This document shows, piece after piece, positions 22,713-35,867 of a stretch of 64,000 nucleotides of DNA. Origin of the DNA: Octopus sinensis (lineage: Eukaryota); assembly GCF_006345805.1 (NCBI RefSeq), contig NC_043003.1, positions 19,220,001 to 19,284,000 on the forward strand, written 5' to 3'. A model generated the notes under the pieces. It saw only the letters and a program-made list of their open reading frames with translations. It did no database searches and was not told where the DNA came from. Each line of letters begins with the position of its first letter. Within the stretch, counting starts at the first letter, position 1. The position numbers and the translations under genes were made by a program.

Positions 22713-25419
22713 CACTGACAGGGTTACCGAGTTATCTGCAAAACAAAAACCCCTTCAGCTGGGAGGGAAGTACAAAGGTGGTTTAGGATATCAATTCCAC
22801 TGTAATGGGTGGGCCTTCTTGAGGTACTAGATATCCCAATCCTTTGTCATATATGTATATGCATGTAGATGGATAGATAAAATGACCCTTGGAATCCTGA
22901 AAACATATTGTTAGGAATTTAGAGACCAATATTGTATTAATGTTATATAATGTTACTGTAAATTTATAATCGTAACAAATGGGGAAATAAAAATTACACT
23001 TTGACTTATAAAAGGATACTGCAATAAAGTATAACCATTGAAGTATTCCAGCTAATTGTGAACAAAGCTTGAAAAGTGGTGTTTTTCAAATTACTTGAAA
23101 CTTTTCTTAAGTGAAATAGTCCTTGTACCTAGTCAATCCTGAAAATCTTAGCTCCAAACACTATATATGGTTCTGATTTTATGGGCATTCAAAGCAAGGG
23201 ACTGAGGTGAATATGAGAATTCTGCTAAATCTGGAGCCAATGGTGTATTTTGATACAGACACTTATGGCAGAGCAGAATTTTATTTTTTGAAGGTCTCAG
23301 TTTTTCTTTCAAATTTGAAGCCATTGTAATCCCTATAAATACCTGCTGTTTATTGATAGAAATTCAGTGGAAGCATTTTGAGGTGAAATCTCCACAACAC
23401 GTCTGAATCCAATATAAAAAAAGGTTTTTTTAAAAATGTTAGTGAGTATGCGATTTAGTTTTGAAACTGCTGCCAACATCACCCTCACATCTCATAACTC
23501 TCTCATCTAGCTCTCTCTTCGAGTTTATCTCTCGTTCTCTACTCCTTTCTATTCTACAAATATCTAAGAGAGAGGGGGAGTGAGGGAAAGAGAGAGATGG
23601 GAAATATAGGATTAAAAGCACGGTTTATTAGAATTCCTTCAATTTTGCATGCAATAATCATTATTCTGAATTCCTATTTCTAAATCCAAACAATAACCAA
23701 GCTCTATTCTTTGAACATTCAATCTTAAATGCATCAATATTCAATTATTTCATTCTGTGTAAATTGAAAATTTGAACTTCATCCTATTTTGCATATCAGT
23801 TAATATTAGTTTCTAAATCAGAACTTGGAAGTATGATAAATAAATAAGTAGTTCAATCAATACTATATGGAACTATTTGAGAAAGGAGCAAATTAATCCA
23901 TATATCTCTTACAGGAATATTATCTTATCATATAATCAATACTCTTTAAGGATTTAGGTATGTTTTTATTTTTCAACTGGAATGTAAATCTCCTGATTTT
24001 GTTTATAGTTATGGATACAGAATTTGCCTATTCCAAATACCATAAGATACCTTTGCACTCGCCAATGAGGGAGCAGCTACTTGTAGCAAGAAATAACAGC
24101 CTATTTCTTCTTCAAATCACAGCCTATATCTTAAAAAAAGGAAGGTTACATCAGATGGAATGAAATTATCACTGATGTGTTGCCTTTGGTAATATGTCTA
24201 GTCAATCAGTTCTGACCTGAGGCTAAACAATTCTTAAACGGCCACTAAAATACAATAATAAAGGCACAAATTTGTAAGAGATAAGATTAATTGAATCAGT
24301 CAACTCTTGTATATATAAGATAAATAGTCTATCAATTAGAGTGGGATGAAAGGTAAAGTTAATCTCTAATGGGATTTTAATTCAGGCCATAAGAGAGCAA
24401 ACCCATATACTTTAACCTGTTTAGCTCAGGAGTTATTAATTCTAGCATCCCTTGATTTATAACTTAGAGACAATGTCACAAACCTAGGAGGAGGGTATAG
24501 TTGATTAAAGCCGTCCTCAGTTCTTGAATTCTGCAGGGACAAAAGGCAAAGCCATCCCATCCAAAATTTGAATTCAGAGCAAAAAGAGAAATAACTAAAT
24601 ACAGTAACTGTACTTGCTCTCCACCTATAAAATGCAACTTTAGATCTAGAACAATTTTCTTTACAAATCTTACAGTAAACACAAAAAATAATTTAAAATT
24701 GTATTTACTATGTCAACCACAAAAATGTTGGTTTCATTTCCACTGAAACAATACTATTTCCACCTAAAACTATTTTCTGAAAAGATCTCACGATTAAACA
24801 TTCCTTTCAAAATTTAAGGTCATTTACTAAGTCAAGCAGAGAGTGCTGTTTTTTTTTTTAATTCAAGTTTTGATAAATCAAGTTATTTAATACAAGTGAA
24901 GAAAAAAATTATATTCTTTCTTTCTTGACCTATATACGATATCAACAGTATGTTGCTCCTACTCAAATCACTCCATTTGACCCATTAATCACAGCTGAAG
25001 ATAATGTCCAAAGGTTAGAATTCCTACTCTTTCTTTTGAATCTTCTTCACACACACTTCTATAAATATTTATTGCAGATTGACTTCTAAGGTATATTAGC
25101 CTTTTATCAGAAGAAGAAAAAAAAAGTATAAAACAACAAAACTAAAGAAATCTTCCACACAAGGAATATTTAAGAGGTGCTAGCTGATAGAGCCAGTGGA
25201 AGGTATTTTCAAACAGCTTGTGTATATAATACACAATATTTTCTTAACAATAGGTAATAACACACACACGTGTGTGCATGCACATGCACACTCACAATGG
25301 GTAAATAAATTAGGTTATAACAACAGATAGCACTATACCAATAAAGACTCATTAGACCCATACATATATAGATTCTTGATGAATATAAAAGGTTTGCAAC
25401 TCATTTATTTAATATATTT

Positions 25420-25462
<43 letters not shown>

Positions 25463-25993
25463 TATATCATTGGGGAAATTTCCACAGTGGTCTAATTTTT
25501 TTAAATGTGGAAATTTTACATCTACTCATGTACATTATTGCTTAACCACTGCTTTGGTAAGTACAGTGTGTCTGCTGAAGAGGGCTAATAATACTGAATC
25601 ATGAGCAGAGTTGTCTCCTGCATTTGCTGAGATAAATAAAATATTGTTAATGTCTTTTCCTCACCACATTATTAGTTTCAATTATCTAATTTATGCCCAT
25701 TGTACTAATGTTAAGACTAACTGACAACTGTTCCTTAATAAGCTTGTGTGATATATTACAGTAATAGCAGCATTGCAAATGATAATGCTAATAATGATAA
25801 CAATAATAACAGTGACAACAACAGCTGCCACTATCAATATAGTGCTGGTAATAGCTCCAACAGCAACGACTATGGCTATAACAGCACCACCGATGATGTC
25901 CCCTAGGCCAGCATTAATGACGCCACCACCACCACCACCAAAAGTAGCAGCATCAACATCAACAGAAGCAGCATCGCCAGCAACAATATCTGA

Positions 25994-26350
25994 AGATACA
26001 TCTGATGTTCTGGAAACATCTTCAAGTGGCACCTCTCCAACCACAGGTCCTTGTTCAGGATCCTGGACAGATGACATGCCACATACTTGGCCAGTCATAT
26101 ATGGAGCCTGAAGGTCAAAGGGACTCCACATGTAATCTCTTGGAAGATCCTATAAGAAATGGGCCCCTACATCAACAGGAGCAAGCATTGCAAGCTGTGC
26201 ATAGCTGAATGGGCAAGAACATTAAAGAACTTCCTTGACTCAGGGAACATCTTAAATTCCAAGATGGAAGTCTCTGGACCCTGCTTATACTTCAGGAAAT
26301 TCCTACTGAAGTTCTGGAACCCACAAACCGACCATGTCAACTACAGATAA
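25994..26350 (+). pseudogene. Penelope-like element ORF remnant: GIY-YIG endonuclease C-terminal region
   Basis: One frame: RYI*CSGNIFKWHLSNHRSLFRILDR*HATYLASHIWSLKVKGTPHVISWKIL*EMGPYINRSKHCKLCIAE...NILNSKMEVSGPCLYFRKFLL; matches the PLE pattern YIG...F..R...H...F.....T.LS.HIW.LK...W.IL...C.LC..E...LN...E...C.H..KFLL; 3 in-frame stops. Confidence 0.75.
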
Positions 26351-26574
26351 TGGTCTAACAGAGACAATTCCTTGCGTTTAACCCTTCTCCTTTGTCTGTG
26401 TGTTCAACAAGTAGCTACAAGTTCTTTTCTCCCTCCAGTTTGAAGAGAGGTAATAGGCTGCCAGCCATTAGGGTCTGAAGAAACGCTGTAAAGCAAAGTG
26501 CTGTATGGTCGTGAAACCCAGGGTAACTCCATAGACTGGCCATAACTATCTTTAAAATATATATATATATATAA

Positions 26575-26779
26575 ACCATGCCAAACTGACCTCGCCTGTG
26601 CTTGTGCTACATAAAAAGCATTGTCCACTTTGTGGAGTGGTTGGTGTTAAGAAGGGCATCTAGCTGTAAAAACCTGCCAAAACAGACACAGAAGTTTGAT
26701 GCAGGTTCCTACCTGGCCAGCTCCTGTGGAACCATCGAACCTGTGCCAGCATGGAAAGAGGACATTATATGATGATGAT
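26575..26779 (+). mobile_element. Family D (RTE 3' end), sense orientation
   Basis: gagtggttggtgttaagaagggcatc...agcatggaaagaggacattatatgatgatga. Confidence 0.7.
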
Positions 26780-26784
26780 ACACA

Positions 26785-26978
26785 TGAAGGGGTGCTGAAA
26801 AGTTTCTGGCTTTAAGGGCCCAACCTTCTGAGTTCTTTTACAAAGATTAGAAAAACTGAAACACCACTGCAATAAGTGTGTAATTCTGTGGGGAGAATAT
26901 GTTGAATAAAATCATAATTAACTGACCTTCCGGTATGTTCTTTTACCAAAAGCCAGAATCTTTTCAGCACCTCCTCAT
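26785..26978. mobile_element. Mariner-type MITE
   Basis: TIRs tgaaggggtgctgaaaagtttctggcttt / aaagccagaatcttttcagcacctcctca. Confidence 0.75.
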
Positions 26979-26989
26979 GTGTGTGTGTG

Positions 26990-27055
<66 letters not shown>

Positions 27056-28090
27056 CACACAACCTACAGTAACATTATTTTCATTGGATTTCTTTTTTCC
27101 TCAGTGCTAAAATAGACCTTGTTGCATTGTGAATCCATCACAGAATAGGTTTTGCTGGCCACTGCTATTTAAACACCAGGCCATATTGGATGTTATATTT
27201 TGGAGACATCTGCATCCTAAGACTACTCAACTAATTTTGACATTATTGGCAGACACCCACAATATGAAACTGGGGATATGCCAAAGCTAATGGGAAAATA
27301 GAGACTCCTGGTTTGTCATGGTAAACAGCATCACAATTATGACTGCTTTAGATATCACCATCTAATAACAAATTAAAAAAAAAATTTTGATTTACATATC
27401 TGCCTCTTTCCAATCATTCTAACAAGACCATTTTAGTATAACTTTATTTGTTATTTAGTTATTTCAGATTTTAAAACAAATTAACAACCTAATCTAATGA
27501 CTTTTTAAAAATATTTTCAATAAGAAATTTTCACAAGAAAAATCAATTAAATTTTTTTCTTTTTCTATATTTTTGGTCATTTGATTATTGTAAACATACT
27601 GAACATGTTGACAGAAAAAAACAAAACAAAAGTGCACAAAATCAGCAATGCTCAAACTGACAAATATTAGCATCCCCTTCCTCCCTATATAGAGTTGTGG
27701 GAGAGTCTTTATACCAACAATAGTCATATACACACATTACTATTGACACAATGACTCTCAAAACACAATAAAATTTATTTTAACACATGAATTCCAATCA
27801 AGAATCTTGCAAACCAAATACAAAAATGAAATTATATATATTAATACATGATTGACACTACCAATTTTTAAGCACACACACACACACATACATATCAATT
27901 ATATAAAATTTTCAGAGATTTGTCAAAAGAATTTTTTCTAATAAGAAAAAGATTTTTTGGACAAATCCCTGGAAATAAATGTATTGTGTAATTTGAAATC
28001 TCAGCTCAAACATCAAGCTATCATTGCAGTCTTGTGCTTTTTCTCTACATTTTCATATAAAGAAATATAGGCAAGTTTTTGTTTTTTTTT

Positions 28091-28742
28091 GGTAGAACTC
28101 AACAATAAACAAGTGAAATGGACAAAATGGTTGAATTTTTAAAAAACTCTGCAAGTATTATATACATGTATGTGTGTAGTATATGTAAATTATTTTATCA
28201 TTCCAGACAGATTATGTTATCTTAACCTGACGATACCAGTTTCTACATGTCCAAACTTTTAACAACATACCAATCTATCAACTGGTACTATTAGATTCTT
28301 TTCTTTAGACCTGATAACTTATAATCACATTTATCACTAATTCATATCACAAAAATAGTACTTAAAAAAACAGTATGTACACACACACACAAACATTTAT
28401 TATTTTTTTTTTTTTTTTGGTAGAACTCAACAATAAACAAGTGAAATGGACAAAATGGTTGAATTTTTAAAAAACTCTGCAAGTATTATATACATGTATG
28501 TGTGTAGTATATGTAAATTATTTTATCATTCCAGACAGATTATGTTATCTTAACCTGACGATACCAGTTTCTACATGTCCAAACTTTTAACAACATACCA
28601 ATCTATCAACTGGTACTATTAGATTCTTTTCTTTAGACCTGATAACTTATAATCACATTTATCACTAATTCATATCACAAAAATAGTACTTAAAAAAACA
28701 GTATGTACACACACACACAAACATTTATTATTTTTTTTTTTT
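28091..28742. repeat. Identical tandem duplication, 328-bp period
   Basis: ggtagaactcaacaataaac at 28091 and 28419; both copies end cacacacaaacatttattattttt. Confidence 0.9.
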
Positions 28743-28778
28743 GCTTGTTTAAGCTAATCTTTTAAATATAACAAAATA

Positions 28779-30043
28779 CAGGGTGAGGCAGAGAGGACAG
28801 ACAATTTTGAAAAATTCACAAAATCATTAATTTTAGCTGCAAAAAAAATTTATTGACATCAATATGTTCATATTGAATTAGCATTTGTCAAAATCAAGTG
28901 TGGCAAACAACATCCATTATGTGGTGACTGTTTTCATTGATGCATTTCTGAAGGCATTCTTGGAAGTTGGCCTCCACTCTCTCCAGCATTGCTCTGGGCG
29001 ACTTCCACGTGAATAGCTTCCTCAAATCATCCAATGTACAGGGATTATGCACATACACACATGCCTTAAGGATTCTCCACAAGAAATAATCACACATGGA
29101 CAAATGAGGGGACTGAGGGGGCAAAAGAATATCGGCAAACCTGGAAAAGAGGCAGTCCCCGAAGAGAGGGTGAAAAATGTCCATTGATGCTTTGGCTGTG
29201 TGGGCTGTCGCCCCATCCTGCTGAAACCACACATGTTGAATAGGTATACATTATTGTCATAATTCAGACACAAAGAAGTTGTTTATCATCTTGATCTAAT
29301 GCTCAGAGTTCACAGTAACAGCATTTCCATTATTGTCTTCAAAAAAGTAAGGACCAATGATGGTAGCTTTTCCAACAGCACACCAGACTGTCACTTTTGG
29401 GCTGTGCACTGGTCTTTTGTGCAGTGCTCTCAGATTTTCAAGAGCCCAATAATGACAGTTCTGTTGACTCACCATGCCATTGAAATGAAAATGAGCTTTG
29501 CTCATTAACAAAATATGGTTGTCATTTGCCTCAAAAATTGCTTCCATCTGACATGTGAAATTAAACCACTGTGCATAGTACCATGGTTTCAACTGTTGCC
29601 CAACGACCAGTCTGTATGGATGGAAATGCAGGTCTTCATGCAAAATATGCCTTACCAATCAATTACCAAAACCAAGTTCAGTGGAATGCCTTCAAACAGA
29701 GCGATTTGGACTCCGTATCAAAGCTTGTCTGATGCATTCCACAGCTTCTGGGGTCCGTATCATTTGTGGCATCCCCACCAGTCTCCTATTGGGTGCATTC
29801 ACTGAATGTTGAAGTGGTATCAAAACTCACGCTGAACTGTTGTGGCAGACTTGTTATTCTTCATGTAACAGTTGTAGGCAAACACATGATGCTCTATCAT
29901 CCACAGTGCCATGGCTTCACTTGAAAAAGAAAAAAAATGCTAAGACTCCATGGACCAAATGGTACCTGTTGGACATATGCCTTTCCCTGCTGGGGCTGAG
30001 TAATAGCCATTTCAAAAATGTCTGTCTTCTCTGACTGACCTTG
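28779..30043 (-). mobile_element. Full-length decayed ITm transposon, DD41D (rosa-like) type
   Basis: TIRs cagggtgaggcagagaggacagacaattttgaa / caaggtcagtcagagaagacagacatttttgaa, TA at both ends; motifs FHPYRL, KVTVWCAV, IIGPYFFE, WFQQDGATAHTA...SPHLSMCDYFLW with 41 residues between the 2nd and 3rd Asp. Confidence 0.9.
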
Positions 30044-31354
30044 TATTTCACCAAACAAAACAAACAAAAAAGAAAACAAATGGTATTTTTGTGCTGACCC
30101 AACCAGGAACGTAAATGGTTAAAATGAGTTATATAGAAACGCAATAATGATTGTTATGAACGAGGTAGCCAATGAGGGAATGGATAAGAAAATCAGCAGT
30201 GTTGGACAAAATGTCTCTATTTAGTAATGTTCCTTAATCTTCTGAGTTCAAATCCTACCAAGTTTGACATTGCTTTTCAATTTTCTAGGGACAGTAAAAT
30301 ACGCACCAGTTAAGGATTGGTGCTAATCTGGATTTATGCTTATGTCAAATATCATACATATATAATTGTGAAGCCAAAGTTTTATTATAAATTCTTGTGC
30401 ATCTTTTCCTCCAAAAAATCTGAAGCAAAATACCAAACTATAATAATCAACTACCAACACTTTTGTTGATGTTCAGAACAAAAAAAAAAAATCAATACAA
30501 TTGCTTGACATGCTAAAGATAGCACATAAATCTCCCACAAAAATACACCTTATCATCTTACAATTGTACAACGTAGTTCCTTATATATATATAAACAAAA
30601 AAAATGAGAGAGAGAAAGAGAGACAGTCACAGCGGAAATGCCTTAGATCATAGGTCTCCTTATTCAGGGATGTCCTGGGATTAAACAACAGCAGTAAAAA
30701 ACAACTCCTTGGGCAGCCACACAATGCCTACACATGCACATATATTTAGAATCACAACAGAATAAGAATCAACTAGCATAAATGAAAATCTGGCTCAGTT
30801 AGCATATTCTGTGTTTACTCATTATAACTAATTTTCATGTTCTGAGTTTGAATAGAAGTTGACTTCACTTTTCATCCTTTTGAAGTTGATAAAATAAGGA
30901 CCAGTCAAGTACTAGTGTACTCCCCCAAAATTTCAGGACTAGGACCTACATTAGAAAGGATTATTATTAATTTTTGCTTTTTAGGTTTCTGTTGATTATA
31001 AATAATTTCGTACATGTTTTATATCTAGCTACATGAACTATGCTTACTCTTTCAGACAAATTCCCTCCCTCAGTAATTTATAACTTATAAATAAATGGTT
31101 ATCTTTTAGAACAGGTCATTTTAATTCTATCAATTCTATTCATTAAAATTTTTGTCATGCACAAAAACAAATTTTATCTTTCTTTTCTTTCCTTATCGTA
31201 AGCATTTTGCAGTTTATCTTCACAAAGTAAGTCCATATAAGCTAGTTTAATTTTAGTTTCTCTGTTCAATAAGGTGAGCATGAATAGAAATTAAAACATT
31301 CAAGAATAAGAGCTTCCAACTTTTTTCTTTCTATGTGTTCAAAATTTCCCCCAA

Positions 31355-31397
31355 GACACCTGATGAAGGCTGGAGAGTATATCAGCCGAAACGTGCC
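31355..31397 (+). ncRNA. PLE-type minimal hammerhead motif, probably inactivated
   Basis: GACAC-CUGAUGA-A-GGCUG(gagaguauau)CAGCC-GAAA-CG-UG: canonical core and 5-bp stem II, but H17=G and no stem I 3' strand. Confidence 0.55.
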
Positions 31398-32534
31398 AAC
31401 AACAAACAAGATGAGGACAAATATCCGTCAAATGTAAATAACATAGATAAAAAAATGGTTGATTAAATAACCACAAAATGAATACCCTCCAAATGTAGTT
31501 GTGTTTGAAGTGTTGATATCACTCATGGAGCCTCTATGTCCTCTGTGTAGCCACCTAACCTGATTGAAATAACAACCAAATCTCTCATAAACCACACCAA
31601 CTGTCTTCAATAAAAGGGTAGGATATATCAAATGATGTAATACTACAATAGAAAGTACCTCTCCCGTACACTTTCTAGAGTGAATGGTGAGTGAGCAGAG
31701 GTCCCTTAGTGCTGGTACCATAAAAATTACACCCAATACAGACTGTAATATGGATGAAAGCACAGGCTGGTGATGTCCCTATAGTCTTGTCATGCTGAGC
31801 ACTTATCAATCTCTCTAGGGCTGGTGCTATAAGAAAATGCACCCAGTACACACTGTAAAGTGGTTGATGATAGGAAGAATATCCAACTGTAGAAATAAAG
31901 CCAAGATACATTCATGAACACAAGTCTATTTGAGAAAAGGCTCAAGTTGTGATGACTCATCTAATCCATGCCGACATAGAAAGCAAATGTACAATAAGGA
32001 CGAAGATGAGGAGTCCTAGATACCTCTAAAAAGAATGGATGGTCATGGCTGGAATAGAATACCTATGATTATTGGTTTCTGAATATTGGGATTTAAAAAC
32101 TAGAAGCTATATGTATTACCTACATACATGCTGAGATACAAAAAATACATGAATGTTTTCCTTGTAATAAAAATCTGTATTTTCTAATCTAAGATGCACT
32201 TTGAAACAAAATCAGTAAACCTATTTCACATAAAGAAATAGGACATCCTGTTACTAATTATTTTCATAATAGGAACAACTACAATCCAAATTCAAGACTT
32301 TGTTGAATCAACTATTTCATATTTAAAATTCATACTCATGTTTAAGATATAAATATCTTTGTTCGTTTTTTGCATACAAGTTAATTTTATGTAGCGTGTC
32401 ACTGAGGATTCTCAATGATAAGCTGTTAGATCTATTTATAAGAGCTGAAACCCGAGAGGTTAGTGACACAAACCAATCTGTGAAAAACAAACAAAAAAAA
32501 GGACAAAAATCCCCATACCTCAGGTAACTAATAT

Positions 32535-32782
32535 CATCATCATCGTTTAACGTCTGCTTTCCATGCTAGCATGGGTTGGACAGTTCAACTGGGGTCTGGG
32601 AAGCCAGAAGGCTGCATCAGGCCCAGTCTGATCTGGCAGTGTTTCTACAGCTGGATGCCCTTCCTAACGCCAACCACTCCGTGAGTGTAGTGGGTGCTTT
32701 TTACGTGCCACCGGCACGGAGACCAGACGAAGCTGGCAACGGCCACGAATCGGATGGTGCTTTTAACGTGCCACCGGCACGT
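32535..32782 (-). mobile_element. Family D (RTE 3' end)
   Basis: catcatcatcgtttaacgtctgctttccatgctagc. Confidence 0.8.
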
Positions 32783-32944
32783 AATATATTTGAGAAAATA
32801 ATGTTTGCTGCTACAAAATAAAGTACTAAACATTTAAGTGATATTTTGTCATATATATATATATATCCTCTGCAGTAAGAAACCTGTTTCTACCCCTTAT
32901 GGCATACTTTAACCTCTCAATATAATAATAATAATAATAATAAT

Positions 32945-33215
32945 AACGAAATTATTGTGTGTAGTGCTCAGGTGCACAACAGCTTATCAAAGGTGCATGT
33001 ACAGTACATAGAATTATGTACAAATGTCAGGAAAGTAGAACAGTATACGAGTCATGTACATGTGTGCATGCGTCTGGTGTGTGTGTGGGGGGATATCAGG
33101 TGTAGTATTGGCGAATTTCAGGAAGCATGCAGGTAGTTTGTTCCACGCTTCAGCAACTCTGAGTGCAAAAATATGTTTCTGAAAGTCATGGAAGCTGTGC
33201 TGTTTTCTGACTTTG
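32945..33215 (-). mobile_element. CR1/L2-type LINE 3' fragment
   Basis: Minus translation KVRKQHSFHDFQKHIFALRVAEAWNKLPA, like the CR1 C-terminal R..FF..RV...WN.LP motif. Confidence 0.6.
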
Positions 33216-34367
33216 CAACACTGTACAGGTTAACAAATGCAGACACATGTACACACACACACACAAATATTATTATTATTAAGGTGATGAGTTGGCAGAA
33301 TTGTTAGCTTGTTGGACAATATGCTTAGCAGCATTTGTCCCAGTACATTATGCCTGGAGTTCAAATCCAACTGAGGTCAACAAAATAAAGTACCAGTCAA
33401 GCATTGGAGTCAATATAATCAACTGACCCCCTGCTAAGGTCAATTTGGCCTATCGTCCTTTCGGGGTTGACAAAACTAAGTACCAGTCAAGTACTGAGTT
33501 GATGAACCCCTATCCCCACTGAAACTGTTGGCCTTGTGCTATAATTTGAAACCATTATACAACTACAAGTTATACATTATGATTTTAAATTTACATTACA
33601 TGATTTTAAATTTAAGTTACAATCTAGAATTGTAGAATTCTGTTACAATTAAGTTAGAATCTATGATTTTAAATTTAAGTTACAATCTAGAAGAGAAAAA
33701 AAACAACAGGTTTTTTCACATACATATCTACTGCATTCCCTTATGACTGCAATACTGATTACCCCAATGAGATCCTACAATATCCTCCTGCCAAACTAGT
33801 TCATATATATAAACATTTTACTGACATTAACTTACAATGCTACCTCTTGCCTTATCAGAAGTTTATACCCACTTTCATAGTCAATTAAACTGCCAGCAGA
33901 TAGACTACCCTATTACTGTACAATTTAACATAATAAAATGTTGCACTTAAATTTGATATTAGTGTTGAAAATTAATCCAAAGGATATGAATACTCACAAA
34001 TTAAACAACAGTTAGGGTTTTTAATATTAATTATAGAAGACATTTACAAACACTAACTTAGGGAGAAAAAGAGAGCAAGCACATAAGCTGGTTCACATAG
34101 TCCATTCTAGAGTGGTAACTTAATCCATCACTTTTGTTTTTTTAACACCATCACTTGGCATCTTGGTTCCTTCAGCAGAGTCCATTCTGTTGGAAACAGC
34201 TGGTCTAGGTCTCCATTTCAAGGATAACTTCATCCCTCTCTACCATTAGTCTCAAAGGCCTTATAAAGGGTCATAAGCACTGCCCTTCTCTTTTGACTAA
34301 AAGATACAAAAATTTGGCTGTGGCTAACCCTCACAGATTTGCTTCTATCTGTTATAATCTGAATGGT

Positions 34368-34562
34368 GGAAGATGTGGCCTAGTGGTTAAAGTGTTGGAC
34401 TCATGATTATAAGATTGTGGTTTCAATTCCTAGACCAGACGATACGTTATGTTCTTGAGCAAAAATGAATAATCCTGCAATGGACCAGCATCCTGTCCAG
34501 TGGGTAAATATAGTATACACCACAGAAACTGAGAAACCAGCCCTTATGAGTCTGTTGGGGTT
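34368..34562 (+). mobile_element. SINE family A
   Basis: tggcctagtggttaaagtg...ggtttcaattcc; homologous to the 1260 copy. Confidence 0.7.
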
Positions 34563-35394
34563 TGAGAGGTTATAATCTGAACCACACAAATTATCTTATA
34601 TCATGCCTTACACAAATACAATTAACTCAGTTAAAAGTTAATTTTCAGAAAATTGGAAAGAACCATTCTCCCTCCAATGAGTAAAATGATGCAATCAAAC
34701 GTGTTCCAAAAAAAAAAAATTTTTAAACTCAATTATTATTAATCAACAGACTAAATCATATTTCTAAAATGAAGATTTGTGAAAAATGAAAAGAAAGTTA
34801 GATAACGATTACATAATCCTAATCATCAAGTTTTTAGTTTTTTGTTTTGTTTTTTTTTTCATATTCAGATGTTTATCTTAAGTGTAGTCAAATCATTTGT
34901 ATAATAAGTACAGTTCATTTCAAGGTCCAAAAACTGAAGCTTCTGTTGTATTGTTTGTTTGTTTAGTATTTATTTGTTGTAATATTTTCCTTAGGCATAA
35001 AGCAAACATTTATTTGCGAGACGAATGTAGTCTATAAAGCCTATCCAAATATATTACGAGTACATTTATTTTATCGGCCCTGGAGGTACGAAAGGTGAAG
35101 TAGATCGATCTTGCTGTGATTTGAACTCAGAATGTAGAAAGTGGGTGGGTTATTTGCTAGTTTAATACCCCTTGTAATGATATTTTCTTTAGAAACAAAG
35201 TGAAGATTTGTGAGATAGCTATATTCAATTAAAGTCATCTAAATATATTGATGGTATAGGTGCTGGTATGCAGTTGCTCAATCAGCAAGAAATAGCAGCA
35301 AAATATCTCCCTCAAATCACATATTACCATCACTCTAATGATTCTGCAAATCCACTACCCTAATAATAATAACATCAACAACGATGATTTCTAA

Positions 35395-35560
35395 TTCAAG
35401 CACAAGGCCAGTAATTTTGAAGAGAATGGGGTTAATCGATACCAGTCAAACTCGGTAATTGATTGGTACATTATTTCATCAAACCCAGAGGGATGAAACG
35501 CAAAGTTGACCCCAGGAGGATTTGAACTCAGAATCTGAAGTGCAAAAATAATACCACCAC
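35395..35560 (-). mobile_element. SINE family C
   Basis: gggatgaaacgcaaagttgaccccaggaggatttgaactcagaa. Confidence 0.6.
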
Positions 35561-35604
35561 ACATTTTCTCCAAAATTCTAATGATTCTGCCAATCAACCA
35601 TCCT

Positions 35605-35867
35605 AATCATCATCATCATCGTTTAACGTCCGTTTTCCATGCTAGCATGGGTTGGACTGTTTGGCTGGGGTCTGGGAAGCCAGGAGGCTGCACCAGGCTC
35701 CAGTCTGATATGGCAGTGTTTCTACAGCTGGATGCCCTTCCTAATGCCAACCACTCCATGAGTATAGTGGGTGCTTTTTCATGCCACCGGCACAGGTGCC
35801 AAGGGAGGCTGGCAATAGCCACAATCAGTTGGTGCTTTTTACGTGCCACCGGCATGGAAGCCAGTCA
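35605..35867 (-). mobile_element. Family D (RTE 3' end)
   Basis: (cat)n gtttaacgtccgttttccatgctagc. Confidence 0.8.

Noticed and set aside
24476-24682. GFAF motif in a minus ORF suggesting an RRM RNP1
   Set aside because: Flanking residues do not match RRM1/RRM2 of the family; likely chance
25691-26131. 146-aa and 112-aa overlapping ORFs (Gly/Val-rich or Pro/Thr-rich)
   Set aside because: Derived from (AAC/AAT/CAC)-type low-complexity sequence running into the PLE remnant, whose true frame is the third one
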